In this document: piece by piece, positions 52,611-62,658 of the stretch | How positions within the stretch are numbered: position 1 is the stretch's first letter | Layout of the letters: each line of letters begins with the position of its first letter | Assembly: GCA_022865305.1 (NCBI GenBank) | Contig: JALHSP010000060.1 | Location: 39,515-103,514, forward strand | Origin: Bacteroidales bacterium | GTDB taxonomy: Bacteria > Bacteroidota > Bacteroidia > Bacteroidales > VadinHA17 | Length of the DNA stretch: 64,000 bases | Direction of reading: 5' to 3' | Notes under the pieces: generated by a model | What the model was told of the DNA's origin: nothing | The model's database searches: none | Seen by the model: the letters and a program-made list of their open reading frames with translations, nothing else | Position numbers and translations under genes: made by a program

Positions 52611-53255
52611 ATGGTAAAGAAAAAAACACCTGAACAGGAGGAGCAGAAACACAAAAAGCAAACTGAAACAGCTGATAATAAAGAAAATAACAACACTCAG
52701 GAAATTAGCGACAAGGAAAAATCAGATATTCCGCCGGTGACTGATCAGGAATCGCTGGTAACAGAAACATCTGCGCCGGAGGGTATTGTATCTGACAAAG
52801 TTGTTGCTGAAGAGAAATCTGCCGAAGAAAAACTGGCAGAGATGCAGGATAAATATCTTCGTTTATCTGCAGAATTTGATAATTACAGGAAAAGAACACT
52901 GCGAGAGAAAATGGAGTTGTCAAAATATGCCAGTGAGGATATACTCCTTAAGATCCTGCCGGTTATGGACGATTTCGAAAGAGCCCTTTCACTTATGAAT
53001 ACTGTAACTGATTGTGTTGCAATGAAGAACGGGATTGATCTTATTTACGTGAAATTTAATGAATTCCTTAAACAAAACGGAGTTAAAGAGATTGAATCCC
53101 TTAATTGTGACTTTAATTTTAATCTTCATGACGCTGTGGCAAAAGTCACAGTGCAGGAAGATGAAAAGAAAGGAAAAATAATTGAGGTGATACAAAAGGG
53201 TTATTATCTCAAAGATAAGATTATCAGGCACTCAAAGGTAGTTGTTGGAGAATGA
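52611..53255 (+). CDS. grpE: Nucleotide exchange factor GrpE
   Basis: YLRLSAEFDNYRKR, LPVMDDFERA, QKGYYLKDKIIRHSKVVV. Confidence 0.97.
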   Translation: MVKKKTPEQEEQKHKKQTETADNKENNNTQEISDKEKSDIPPVTDQESLVTETSAPEGIVSDKVVAEEKSAEEKLAEMQDKYLRLSAEFDNYRKRTLREKMELSKYASEDILLKILPVMDDFERALSLMNTVTDCVAMKNGIDLIYVKFNEFLKQNGVKEIESLNCDFNFNLHDAVAKVTVQEDEKKGKIIEVIQKGYYLKDKIIRHSKVVVGE

Positions 53256-53308
53256 ATTTAACGCCCGGTTGCACATGAATGGGGTGACTGCAAAATAAAT
53301 TAAAGCGG

Positions 53309-54460
53309 ATGGGAAAAAGAGATTATTACGAAGTGCTCGGGGTATCCAAAAATGCCTCAAAGGAGGAGATCAAAAAAGCCTACAGGAAGCAGGCATTGAA
53401 ATATCATCCTGACAAGAATCCCGGGGATAAGAAAGCAGAGGAAAATTTCAAAGAAGCTGCTGAAGCGTACGAGGTTTTAAGTAATGATGAAAAGAAATCC
53501 AGGTACGATCGCTTTGGTCATGCCGGCATGGGTGGAGCGGGTAATGGATTCAGCGGTGGTGGGATGACCATGGAAGACATCTTTTCATCTTTCGGTGACA
53601 TTTTTGGTGATGCCTTCGGTGGATTTGGGGGGGCATTTGGAGCAAGCAGACGGTCAGGGCGGAGAACCAACAAAGGAAGCAATCTCAGGGTAAAAGTGAA
53701 GCTGACACTCCATGAGATCGCAACAGGTGCAGAGAAAAAAATAAAGGTTACAAAATACGATACCTGTAATTCTTGTGGCGGAACGGGAGCTGCTGATTCA
53801 AACAGCATGTCAACTTGCTCTACCTGCCGCGGATCCGGACATGTAACAAGAGTCACCAATACCATGCTTGGACAGATGCAGACTACTTCCGTATGCCCCT
53901 CATGCGGGGGAGAAGGCAAAACAATAACAAAAAAATGTCCTTCATGTTATGGAGAGGGTATAGTTCAGAAAGAAGATATAATAAAAATCAATATACCTGC
54001 AGGGGTTGGCAAAGGTATGCAGATGACTGTCAGCGGTAAAGGGAATGCACCAAGACGAGGCGGGGTTTACGGTGATCTGCTGGTAGTAATAGACGAGGAG
54101 GAGCATCCCGATCTTATCCGGGAGGGTAATGATCTGATATATAATCTGTTTATAAGCATCCCTGATGCTATTCTGGGTACTCATGTCGAAGTCCCCACAG
54201 TCGATAATAATGTGAAAATAAAGATAGAGCCGGGCACTCAGCCTGGTAAAATTCTCCGGTTGAGAGGTAAAGGATTACCTGAAGTGAACGGCTATGGCAG
54301 AGGCGATTTACTTGTTAATGTAAACGTATGGATCCCTAAAAGCATGACCCGGGAAGAAGCAAAAATCGTTGAAAAATTCAAAGAATCCGAATCTTTCACA
54401 CCAAAACCGGATAAAAGCGATAAAAACTTCTTTGAAAGAATGAGAGGATACTTCGAGTAG
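53309..54460 (+). CDS. dnaJ: Chaperone DnaJ
   Basis: J domain with HPD, G/F-rich region, four CxxCxGxG repeats. Confidence 0.98.
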   Translation: MGKRDYYEVLGVSKNASKEEIKKAYRKQALKYHPDKNPGDKKAEENFKEAAEAYEVLSNDEKKSRYDRFGHAGMGGAGNGFSGGGMTMEDIFSSFGDIFGDAFGGFGGAFGASRRSGRRTNKGSNLRVKVKLTLHEIATGAEKKIKVTKYDTCNSCGGTGAADSNSMSTCSTCRGSGHVTRVTNTMLGQMQTTSVCPSCGGEGKTITKKCPSCYGEGIVQKEDIIKINIPAGVGKGMQMTVSGKGNAPRRGGVYGDLLVVIDEEEHPDLIREGNDLIYNLFISIPDAILGTHVEVPTVDNNVKIKIEPGTQPGKILRLRGKGLPEVNGYGRGDLLVNVNVWIPKSMTREEAKIVEKFKESESFTPKPDKSDKNFFERMRGYFE

Positions 54461-54472
54461 ATTTTCTTCTTA

Positions 54473-54572
54473 CTCTGTGACCCTCTATGCCTTCTTCGGA
54501 TTTCCTCTGTGCAACTAAAAAAAATAAGAACTTACACAGTGTTGCACAGAGAAGACACAGAGATACACAGAG
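54473..54572. repeat. Inverted ctctgtg / cacagag short-repeat arrays
   Basis: ctctgtg, ctctatg, ctctgtgcaac on the left; cacagtg, gttgcacagag, cacagag, cacagag on the right. Confidence 0.7.
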
Positions 54573-54618
54573 TTTTTATATATTTACTCTTCATTTTAAA
54601 ATTAAATCAGAATTCTCT

Positions 54619-55527
54619 ATGTCACTTTTTGAAGCAAGGAACATTACCAAACAATTTGCCAGCACTGTAGCGCTCGATAAAGTCAGCATCTCAGTGCCTG
54701 AGCAATGCATTTACGGTCTCCTTGGTCCCAATGGGGCCGGTAAAACGACGCTTTTAAGGATAATCAACCAGATAACCGGACCTGATTCCGGTGAAATGTT
54801 CCTTAACGGTAAGAAACTGACACCGGATGATGTCCTCGGGATAGGTTATCTCCCTGAAGAACGCGGCCTGTATAAAAAGATGAAAGTGGGTGAGCAGGCT
54901 CTATACTTTGCTCAGCTGAAAGGACTTACAAAGGCCGAAGCTATGAAAAGGCTTAAATACTGGTTCAGAAAACTTGATATCGTGGACTGGTGGGGCAAGA
55001 AAGTTGAAGAGCTTTCAAAAGGAATGCAGCAAAAAGTACAATTCATAACTACTGTTCTTCATGAACCTAAACTGATCATTTTTGATGAACCATTCACAGG
55101 TTTTGACCCTGTAAATGCAAATACTATAAAAAATGAAATCCTGTTCCTCAGGGAAAGGGGAGCAACAATATTATTTTCAACTCATAACATGGGATCGGTT
55201 GAGGAATTATGTGATAATATCACCCTGATAAACAAGGCAAAGACAATACTTGAGGGCAGGGTTGATGAGATCCGCAAACAATGGGCAGCAAATGAATTTG
55301 ATCTTGTTTTCCAGGGAAATGTTAAAATTGAAGAAAACGGAAAATACAAAATTCTCAACCATAAGTTTGAAGATGATCAAAGTACCATCAGACTTAAAAC
55401 GGCAGGGGATATTGCTTCAAATGATATTCTGAAAACTGCTTTAAATGCAGGCAGAGTTGTTTCCTTCAATCCTGCACTTCCGTCAATGAATGAAATATTT
55501 ATTAGGATAGTTGAATCGCGCAATTAA
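54619..55527 (+). CDS. ABC transporter ATP-binding protein (NatA/YhaQ-like)
   Basis: GPNGAGKTT, GYLPEERGLY, LSKGMQQK; ATG 54619 preferred. Confidence 0.93.
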   Translation: MSLFEARNITKQFASTVALDKVSISVPEQCIYGLLGPNGAGKTTLLRIINQITGPDSGEMFLNGKKLTPDDVLGIGYLPEERGLYKKMKVGEQALYFAQLKGLTKAEAMKRLKYWFRKLDIVDWWGKKVEELSKGMQQKVQFITTVLHEPKLIIFDEPFTGFDPVNANTIKNEILFLRERGATILFSTHNMGSVEELCDNITLINKAKTILEGRVDEIRKQWAANEFDLVFQGNVKIEENGKYKILNHKFEDDQSTIRLKTAGDIASNDILKTALNAGRVVSFNPALPSMNEIFIRIVESRN

Positions 55528-55546
55528 GAAACTGAAACCTACGAAT

Positions 55547-56905
55547 ATGAATAAGATATCTGTAATAATTAAAAGAGAATACATGACAAGGGTCCGGAAA
55601 AAGTCATTCATAATAATGACTATTCTGGCTCCGCTATTAATGGCCGGTTTAATAGTAACTTCAATTCTACTGACTTTGAGTAAAGACAGGGATTTTAAGA
55701 AGATCGCTGTTATTGAGGATGGATCAGATCTTTTTAAGAATGTTGACCTGGACTCGGAAGATGCGGATTATGTGTACCTGGAAAATGTCAAGCTAGCCGA
55801 TCTTAAAGAGAATTTTGAGCAGGCCGGATACTATGGAATACTTTATATTTCACGGGAGATCATAAATACACCTAACGCTGTCGAGCTGATTTCAAAAAAA
55901 ACACCACCTTTCTTTGTTATTGATGATATTTCCAATAAGCTTGAAAAGGAAATAGAGAGGCAGAAGCTCCTTGCATATAACATCCAGAATCTCGATGAGA
56001 TAATGAAGAATATCAAAACAGATGTTTCTGTTAAAACAACCCTGATCAATGCTGCGGGCGAGGCAACAGAGACCAGCTCAATAATTGCAATGATCCTTGC
56101 CTATATCGGTGGTTTCTTAATGTATATGCTTGTTTTTATGTTCGGTTCCCAGGTAATGAGAGGTGTTATAGAAGAAAAGACAAGCAGGGTAGTCGAGGTG
56201 ATTGTTTCCTCGGTAAAACCGGTACAGCTGATGATGGGTAAAATTATCGGGATTGCCCTGGTCGGATTAACCCAGTTTTTAATTTGGATATTCCTTACAG
56301 CCGCAGTTGTAGGTGTTGTACAAGCCACGGTTCTTAAGAAAACCGATATGGCAGAGATCACTCAGAATCTGCCTCAAAATGTTATGGTAGAAAATCAGCT
56401 TACATCTTCTGCACCACAGGCTGGTGAGGTATCTCCTGACCTTGCTGAGTTTGCAAAGGTTTTTGAGAATGTAAAGAACCAGAATTGGCTGTTAATAATA
56501 ACCTCATTCATATTTTATTTTATTACAGGTTATCTTCTTTATGCCTCAATTTTTGCCGCAATAGGTTCGGCAGTCGATAATGAGACTGAAACACAGCAGT
56601 TTATGCTTCCTGTCACAATACCTATAATATTAGCATTGCTGGTAGCAATGGCAACTATGCAGAATCCAGAAAGTTCAGTATCATTCTGGTTTTCAATCAT
56701 TCCGCTCACCTCTCCTATTGTTATGGTAGCGAGGATTCCTTTTGGAGTACCTGGCTGGCAGATCGCTCTTTCAATGTTCCTGCTGGCAATAACCTTCTTA
56801 GGCTTTGTATGGATGGCAGCAAAAGTCTATCGCACAGGAATTCTTATGTATGGGAAGAAAACTTCATGGAAGGAAATATGGAAGTGGCTGAGGTATAGCG
56901 GGTAA
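55547..56905 (+). CDS. ABC transporter permease (NatB/YhaP-like)
   Basis: IIKREYMTRVRKKSF, GVIEEKTSRVVEVIVSSV, YRTGILMYGKK. Confidence 0.92.
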   Translation: MNKISVIIKREYMTRVRKKSFIIMTILAPLLMAGLIVTSILLTLSKDRDFKKIAVIEDGSDLFKNVDLDSEDADYVYLENVKLADLKENFEQAGYYGILYISREIINTPNAVELISKKTPPFFVIDDISNKLEKEIERQKLLAYNIQNLDEIMKNIKTDVSVKTTLINAAGEATETSSIIAMILAYIGGFLMYMLVFMFGSQVMRGVIEEKTSRVVEVIVSSVKPVQLMMGKIIGIALVGLTQFLIWIFLTAAVVGVVQATVLKKTDMAEITQNLPQNVMVENQLTSSAPQAGEVSPDLAEFAKVFENVKNQNWLLIITSFIFYFITGYLLYASIFAAIGSAVDNETETQQFMLPVTIPIILALLVAMATMQNPESSVSFWFSIIPLTSPIVMVARIPFGVPGWQIALSMFLLAITFLGFVWMAAKVYRTGILMYGKKTSWKEIWKWLRYSG

Positions 56906-56906
56906 A

Positions 56907-56958
56907 AGGCAGAAGGCAGTAGGCAGTAAAACCGTGTAACTCCGTGTTACCCCGTAGT
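56907..56958 (+). repeat. Short tandem repeats (7-mer and 10-mer)
   Basis: aaggcag aaggcag taggcag, then ccgtgtaact ccgtgttacc ccgtagt. Confidence 0.6.
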
Positions 56959-56984
56959 AAAAAAAGGATTTAAAAAATAATACC

Positions 56985-58160
56985 ATGTCAAAGATTCTGG
57001 TTATCGACGATGAAAAAGCCATCCGGAACACTCTGAAGGAAGTTCTGGAATATGAGAAACATGAGGTTGATCTTGCTGAAGACGGGCCATCAGGAATCGA
57101 ACTTTTCAATGCCAATACTTATGATATTGTCCTTTGTGACATTAAGATGGCCAAGATGGACGGAATCGAGGCCCTTCAGAAGATAAATGAAATTTCCTCA
57201 AACACACCTGTTGTAATGATCTCGGGCCACGGCAACATCGATACTGCCGTTGAAGCTATCAAGAAGGGGGCTTACGATTTTCTTGAAAAACCCCTCGACC
57301 TTAACAGGCTGCTGATAACTATCCGCAATGCGACAGATAAATCAACGCTTGTCAGCCAGACACAGGTTTTGAAAAACAAGGTCAGTAAAATGTATGAGAT
57401 TGTGGGAGAATCGGAAGCAATCAGGAAAGTTAAGGAGATGATAGACAGGATTGCTCCCACCGAAGCAAGAGTGCTGATAACAGGTGCCAACGGAACAGGA
57501 AAGGAACTTGTAGCTCGCCAGATCCATGAAAAAAGCAGCAGGGCAAAAGCCCCGTTTGTAGAGGTCAACTGCGCTGCCATACCTTCTGAACTTATTGAAA
57601 GTGAGCTTTTCGGTCATGAAAAAGGTTCGTTCACCTCGGCAATAAAACAGAGAATCGGTAAGTTTGAACAGGCTAACGGGGGAACCCTTTTCCTGGATGA
57701 AATTGGCGATATGAGCCTTTCCGCACAGGCTAAAGTCCTGAGAGCTCTCCAGGAAAACAAGATAACAAGGGTTGGTTCAGACAAGGATATTCATGTTAAC
57801 GTGAGAGTGGTCACAGCCACCAATAAAAACATAAAAAAGGAAATTGAAAACAATACCTTCCGCGAGGACCTCTACCACAGGCTGAGTGTAATTTTAATCC
57901 ATGTTCCCACACTTAATGAACGGCAGGAAGATATTCCTATTCTTGCTGAACATTTCAATACGGTGATATGTACTGAATACGGGATGAGTAAGAAGATAAT
58001 TAAAAAGGACGCAATAAAAGAGTTGCAGAAAATTGAATGGACCGGTAATATCCGTGAATTCCGGAATGTCCTTGAAAGGCTGATCATTCTATGCAAAGAT
58101 GAAATCACCGGTGCTGATGTAGTTGCGTACGCACGCCCGGTCTCAGGCGGTAATGTATAA
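56985..58160 (+). CDS. Sigma-54-dependent response regulator (NtrC/NtrX-like) without an obvious C-terminal HTH
   Basis: Receiver (VIDDE, CDIKM), GANGTGKE, ESELFGHEKGSFTSA, FLDEIG, WTGNIRE; ends soon after the AAA+ domain. Confidence 0.92.
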   Translation: MSKILVIDDEKAIRNTLKEVLEYEKHEVDLAEDGPSGIELFNANTYDIVLCDIKMAKMDGIEALQKINEISSNTPVVMISGHGNIDTAVEAIKKGAYDFLEKPLDLNRLLITIRNATDKSTLVSQTQVLKNKVSKMYEIVGESEAIRKVKEMIDRIAPTEARVLITGANGTGKELVARQIHEKSSRAKAPFVEVNCAAIPSELIESELFGHEKGSFTSAIKQRIGKFEQANGGTLFLDEIGDMSLSAQAKVLRALQENKITRVGSDKDIHVNVRVVTATNKNIKKEIENNTFREDLYHRLSVILIHVPTLNERQEDIPILAEHFNTVICTEYGMSKKIIKKDAIKELQKIEWTGNIREFRNVLERLIILCKDEITGADVVAYARPVSGGNV

Positions 58161-58174
58161 CTTTTTCAATTAAT

Positions 58175-59080
58175 TTATTTTCTCCTCCAGAATTTAATAT
58201 CATTCATCGGATACTCAAGCTTGTAAGATATTTCAATTTCTCCTGAAGAAATATCAATAAATAGTACCTCATTCTGAGGATGATTAACTAAAATATAACA
58301 ATCCGATTCAGCATCATATCCCGAGATGCAGGCATAATAATCATCACGTTGTTTAATTTCCACACTGCTTATCTGCGATCCGGTTTCCGGATCAAAAACC
58401 TCTATATAATTTCTGTCAGTATCCAGAGAATAAGTCAATCCTATAAGAGTCTTATTATCAGGATTATACACTATATTATTAAGGATTTTCCCGATGTAAA
58501 CCGTTTTGACAACAGTGCCGGTAAAAGTGTTAATTGTTATTAATTTGTAATCAGCGCGTAGCATGACATAACTTTTTTCCTCCTGCTCATAATAATTGGT
58601 GCAGACAATGACACCATCTCCAAGATCGACCTGGTTTTGAGAAACTATAGTTCCTGACTCCAGGTTGACCCTTATAACATAATTGGTGTAGATAACAGGA
58701 TTAGTCTCATAAGAAATGACAGTATATATTCCAATAAGCACATTATCGTTACTGTCGATGACAGCCTGGGAGAGGTATCCCGGGAGTTTAATAGATCTTA
58801 AAAGGTTACCTGTTTCGGGATTAACCAGCCTGAATACTGAATCGCAATCAACATACCCGTATCCCCTGCTTGTTGGATCGAACACTGTCGAGCCCAGCAC
58901 ATAGCATTCAACCGGGGTGGTATTGACGACACCCGAATCAAGTTTGATAGTTACCATCTCGGAACCTTTGGATCCCTGTATTCCGGTAAGCATCAGTGAA
59001 TTGATGCTGTTATCGTTTTGTTTTGTGCACGACACGATTATCAGAAACAAAATCCCAACAAGCAAGTTTTTCATTTTCAT
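58175..59080 (-). CDS. Hypothetical lipoprotein, probable beta-propeller
   Basis: Lipobox IVSC; repeated (V/I)(N/D)xxTG blade-like motifs. Confidence 0.65.
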   Translation of the reverse strand: MKMKNLLVGILFLIIVSCTKQNDNSINSLMLTGIQGSKGSEMVTIKLDSGVVNTTPVECYVLGSTVFDPTSRGYGYVDCDSVFRLVNPETGNLLRSIKLPGYLSQAVIDSNDNVLIGIYTVISYETNPVIYTNYVIRVNLESGTIVSQNQVDLGDGVIVCTNYYEQEEKSYVMLRADYKLITINTFTGTVVKTVYIGKILNNIVYNPDNKTLIGLTYSLDTDRNYIEVFDPETGSQISSVEIKQRDDYYACISGYDAESDCYILVNHPQNEVLFIDISSGEIEISYKLEYPMNDIKFWRRK

Positions 59081-59131
59081 ATAGATCTTATTTTAACTTA
59101 CTCTTTCGCAATAGAACAAAGGTACAAATAA

Positions 59132-59163
59132 AAGGAACAGAAGACTTACGGCTTCTGTTCCTT
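59132..59163 (-). terminator. Intrinsic terminator-like hairpin
   Basis: aaggaacagaag-N8-cttctgttcctt with T-rich tail on the minus strand. Confidence 0.7.
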
Positions 59164-59226
59164 AATAAATAACTAAATGAATTATCCATCATCTAATTAG
59201 AGATAGATTCTGTGTTTGTCAATTGG

Positions 59227-59835
59227 TCAGAATTGTATGGTCAGCGGAATAACAAAACCATAGAATAAAAATGAAGCACCATTCCCTCCTGAAAAGATTA
59301 CCTGGGCTTGCGGATGTATACCAACCGGACCGATTTTACCGTAAACACCTATTGAGCTCATGGCACCTAATCCAAAGGAGGATTTCTTTTCATAGATATC
59401 TACAACAGGAAGTGGAGATTCACGGTAAAAAGCGAAGTATTCTTTATAGCTGAATACACCTATAGATAGTAAACTAGTAACACCGAAGAATTTACCCTTG
59501 AATTTTGGGCTTATTCCTGCATAGACTCCACCTCCGTTCATTTTATAGTCAGTTGTAGCATCATACTCATCCCAGCATTTTTCAACTAATGTGCCGAATG
59601 TAAAATCGATAAAATTTAGTTTAGAGGGCATTATGAATCTAAGGTCTACTCCAGCCATTAGCCTATCACTACTTAGCCCCCAGGGACTCTTATTATTTAA
59701 GTAGTTATCTTCATTAAGGTTATTCTTATGATAAATTAATCCGACCTCAACCTGGATTTTAGAATCTTTTTGAGTTTCCTGTCCAAACGTCGGAATAGAG
59801 ATTAGAAAGATTAAAAGAAAATTGATCTGTTTCAT
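59227..59835 (-). CDS. Hypothetical outer-membrane beta-barrel protein
   Basis: Signal peptide, alternating amphipathic strands, C-terminal Phe. Confidence 0.6.
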   Translation of the reverse strand: MKQINFLLIFLISIPTFGQETQKDSKIQVEVGLIYHKNNLNEDNYLNNKSPWGLSSDRLMAGVDLRFIMPSKLNFIDFTFGTLVEKCWDEYDATTDYKMNGGGVYAGISPKFKGKFFGVTSLLSIGVFSYKEYFAFYRESPLPVVDIYEKKSSFGLGAMSSIGVYGKIGPVGIHPQAQVIFSGGNGASFLFYGFVIPLTIQF

Positions 59836-59846
59836 ATAGCTTAGTT

Positions 59847-61592
59847 TTAAATATCGGATTCACTTACAAGTATCTGAACGCCATAATTTGGGAATATGAG
59901 CCATGATTCCGGATTATCGAAGTAGTCAAAATATGAACTTCCGCATTTCTCCCCTTTATTCTGGAATTCAATTTCATAATCAACTCCAGCAGTACCCTGG
60001 AGAAATCCTAGTTTTAAAGTATCTTTTGCATTGAATCCTACACCAATCTTAACCGTTAATTTGCCAGATGGCCTATCGTATTCTTCGGCTGTAAAAGTCA
60101 ACATATCATACCAGAATCCGGGTTGCCAGTCAAGCACCTTAACTCCAGTGAATACTTGTGATACTTTTGACCGTTTTGAAAACATGCAGTTTATCTGATC
60201 CTGAACTTTAAAAGGATTCTTATTTACAGGCTCGACATTTGTTACAGTTATATAAAATTCAGGCTTCCCCGCAATCCAGCTTTCAATTTTCCAGTCCGTA
60301 AATTTTATTTGTTTAATATAAACAGGAGAATCCTGGGATATATCTCTGTAAGGAGCCTGGATAAAGTCATATTTTGGATTCGATTCTCCAAGGGGAGTTA
60401 CATGAACAACTTTGTAAATTGTTTTCTTACCAATAGCAATATCCGTATCAAAATAATCATACTGCCCTGATGTAAAGGTCTTATATAAAACATAATCAGG
60501 ATTAACACCAACAACATTTTTATAAACTCTTGTCTCCATTATGTACTGGGTGTTATCATTCTGCCAGCGAAGTTCTACAATACTTTTAGCATGCTGTATC
60601 GCATCAAACGACAGAACAGGCTTCGGGAGCGGGGGAGCTGAAATTGTCAGGTAATTAGTAGGTGATGAAATTTCGCTTTCGTAATAAGCTAATACATAGT
60701 ATGAATAAGACTTTTGAGACACAACATTATTGTCATCATAACTCCTGTTATTTACCCCGATTACTGTGGACATCAGGGCAAAATATGAATCACTTGATGA
60801 TTTACGATAAACATAGTAACCTGTTGTATTATTCACGTTTGCTGTATCCGGCATTACCCAGTTAAGTCTTATCCCTGATTCAGTAAGCACTCCTGTAAGA
60901 TTATATGGAGCTGGTGGCAATACAGGCCCCTTGGGTTCTTCAATAATCTCAATGCGTTCATTCATACTGATCACTATTACAGGATCCTCAGGAGGATTAA
61001 CTGCATCAAGTACAACTGTACTCCCATCCGAAGTATACCCAACAACCTCTTCTGTTGTAGCCTCATCAAACTCAAGCGGTATAAACGTCACAACCGGGAC
61101 ATAGGTTTCGTTAACCCATTTCTCGGCATTAACAGGAACAGAAATCTGTAAATAGGGATACTTCGAGATCAGATCATCTATAACTGATCCTGAAGACTTT
61201 TTTTCTGCCGGACCCAAAGAACTTTTAAAGTGACTCTGTAAGAGATCCCTGACACAAAAGTTTTCTCCGGCTGATTTTACTGAGGACTGGGCCGGATCTA
61301 CCCTGTAATTGACAATGTTTGACAGTAACACATCATAATCTCCGTCGAACATTTTCAAAGCTTCTTCCTTTACAAGGTTTCTGAAGCTTTTGTTCTCTTT
61401 AATTGCGGAAGTGACAGCCAGTGAGAAATCCTGCATATCCAGGTTGTATCCATTCTTTTCAAATAATCCTCCAGTTTTTTGGGAATTATCTGATCTGAGC
61501 TCAGTTCTTTCGCAGCCAGCTGGTATCGTTACAATATAAAGTACTAAAATGATACCTGTCAAAAACAAGTTTATATTTATGGTCCTTTTCAT
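59847..61592 (-). CDS. Hypothetical lipoprotein with fibronectin type III domains
   Basis: PAGC lipobox-like; PPAPYNLTG...IRLNW...GYYVYRK...SYDDNNV...YSYYVLAY; a second VELRW...YRV-like repeat. Confidence 0.75.
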   Translation of the reverse strand: MKRTININLFLTGIILVLYIVTIPAGCERTELRSDNSQKTGGLFEKNGYNLDMQDFSLAVTSAIKENKSFRNLVKEEALKMFDGDYDVLLSNIVNYRVDPAQSSVKSAGENFCVRDLLQSHFKSSLGPAEKKSSGSVIDDLISKYPYLQISVPVNAEKWVNETYVPVVTFIPLEFDEATTEEVVGYTSDGSTVVLDAVNPPEDPVIVISMNERIEIIEEPKGPVLPPAPYNLTGVLTESGIRLNWVMPDTANVNNTTGYYVYRKSSSDSYFALMSTVIGVNNRSYDDNNVVSQKSYSYYVLAYYESEISSPTNYLTISAPPLPKPVLSFDAIQHAKSIVELRWQNDNTQYIMETRVYKNVVGVNPDYVLYKTFTSGQYDYFDTDIAIGKKTIYKVVHVTPLGESNPKYDFIQAPYRDISQDSPVYIKQIKFTDWKIESWIAGKPEFYITVTNVEPVNKNPFKVQDQINCMFSKRSKVSQVFTGVKVLDWQPGFWYDMLTFTAEEYDRPSGKLTVKIGVGFNAKDTLKLGFLQGTAGVDYEIEFQNKGEKCGSSYFDYFDNPESWLIFPNYGVQILVSESDI

Positions 61593-62013
61593 TTCATTGT
61601 TTTTTAATTTGCACCTTTAAAAAATTGCTCTCTCAAGCAAAGTTTATCCCCGGCATAATTTCGGGACCCGGGGACTTCACTTCTCCCGTATTTTCTGAAT
61701 TACTGTACTTCATTCAGAAAATAATGATGCAATAGCACTTTTTACAGCAGCGAGATATATTTTTAAAGGTTATACTTCAAGTTATTCCACAATACTTTAA
61801 TAAACCATAAATAACCAGCACAAATATCAAAACGTCTTAAACCCGTTAAATTCCGTGATTAACCTTCACAAACTCACATTAAATAAAATAATCTTTCGAT
61901 TGCAGATCGAATTGTACTATAAAATTAAAGCTAAATTTTATCAAATTCAAATTTTTTTGTCAGAATTTTAAAAATATTATTTCAACTGCCGTATGCGGTT
62001 GAAACATGTGTTA

Positions 62014-62137
62014 ATCTGCAAACAGACCGCCACAACGTGGCTCAGTCTCGTAGTGACTACCTGCTTGTAGAAAACAACCAATCAATCATGTTCAAGTTCC
62101 GTAGAGCCTGCCCCGCATTAGCGGGGAGCGGCCTGTT
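62014..62137. repeat. REP-like family A copies downstream of tnpA
   Basis: Forward copy 62014-62042, reverse copy 62044-62072, interrupted reverse copy 62095-62137. Confidence 0.75.
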
Positions 62138-62140
62138 CGA

Positions 62141-62599
62141 TCAAATCCATTCAAACAAGTATTTTGGATCATATTCTACATCAAATTTTTCAAGTAATTT
62201 AAGGTATTCATTCTTGAATGTGGCTTTTCTGTGATGCTCTTCCTGTGAATTTATATATTGAATTACTTCATTGATCTGGGAATGGCTATATGAAAATGCG
62301 CCGTATCCTTCCTGCCATTGGAATTTACCAGGCAGCCATCTCTTGTCGTTTATAAATTTAGATGCGTTTGCCTTGATATCCCTTAATAAATCTGGTAATG
62401 CCTGTGAAGGTTCATATCCGATAAAAATGTGAACATGATCAGGCATATAATTTATTGCCAGCAATTTATGTTTCCGATTTTGAATTATCCCAGTGGTATA
62501 TTTTTGCAACTCCTCTTTATGTTTTATGGGAATTACATTTTCGCGTCCTATTGGAGAGAAAACCAGATGAAGGTAAATTCGGGTATAGGTATTTGCCAT
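62141..62599 (-). CDS. tnpA: IS200/IS605-family HUH (Y1) transposase, REP-associated type
   Basis: YLHLVFS, HUH motif DHVH, FQWQEGYGAFS, catalytic Tyr in QYINSQEEHH; no tnpB. Confidence 0.93.
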   Translation of the reverse strand: MANTYTRIYLHLVFSPIGRENVIPIKHKEELQKYTTGIIQNRKHKLLAINYMPDHVHIFIGYEPSQALPDLLRDIKANASKFINDKRWLPGKFQWQEGYGAFSYSHSQINEVIQYINSQEEHHRKATFKNEYLKLLEKFDVEYDPKYLFEWI

Positions 62600-62658
62600 A
62601 CTAGTAAGTATTTAGTTATTATGTTCAAAATACAATTTAAACAGCGAAACATATAAAT

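Noticed and set aside
54487-54618. N-terminal extension of the ABC ATPase in the ORF track
   Set aside because: It translates the intergenic repeat array; the likely start is ATG 54619.
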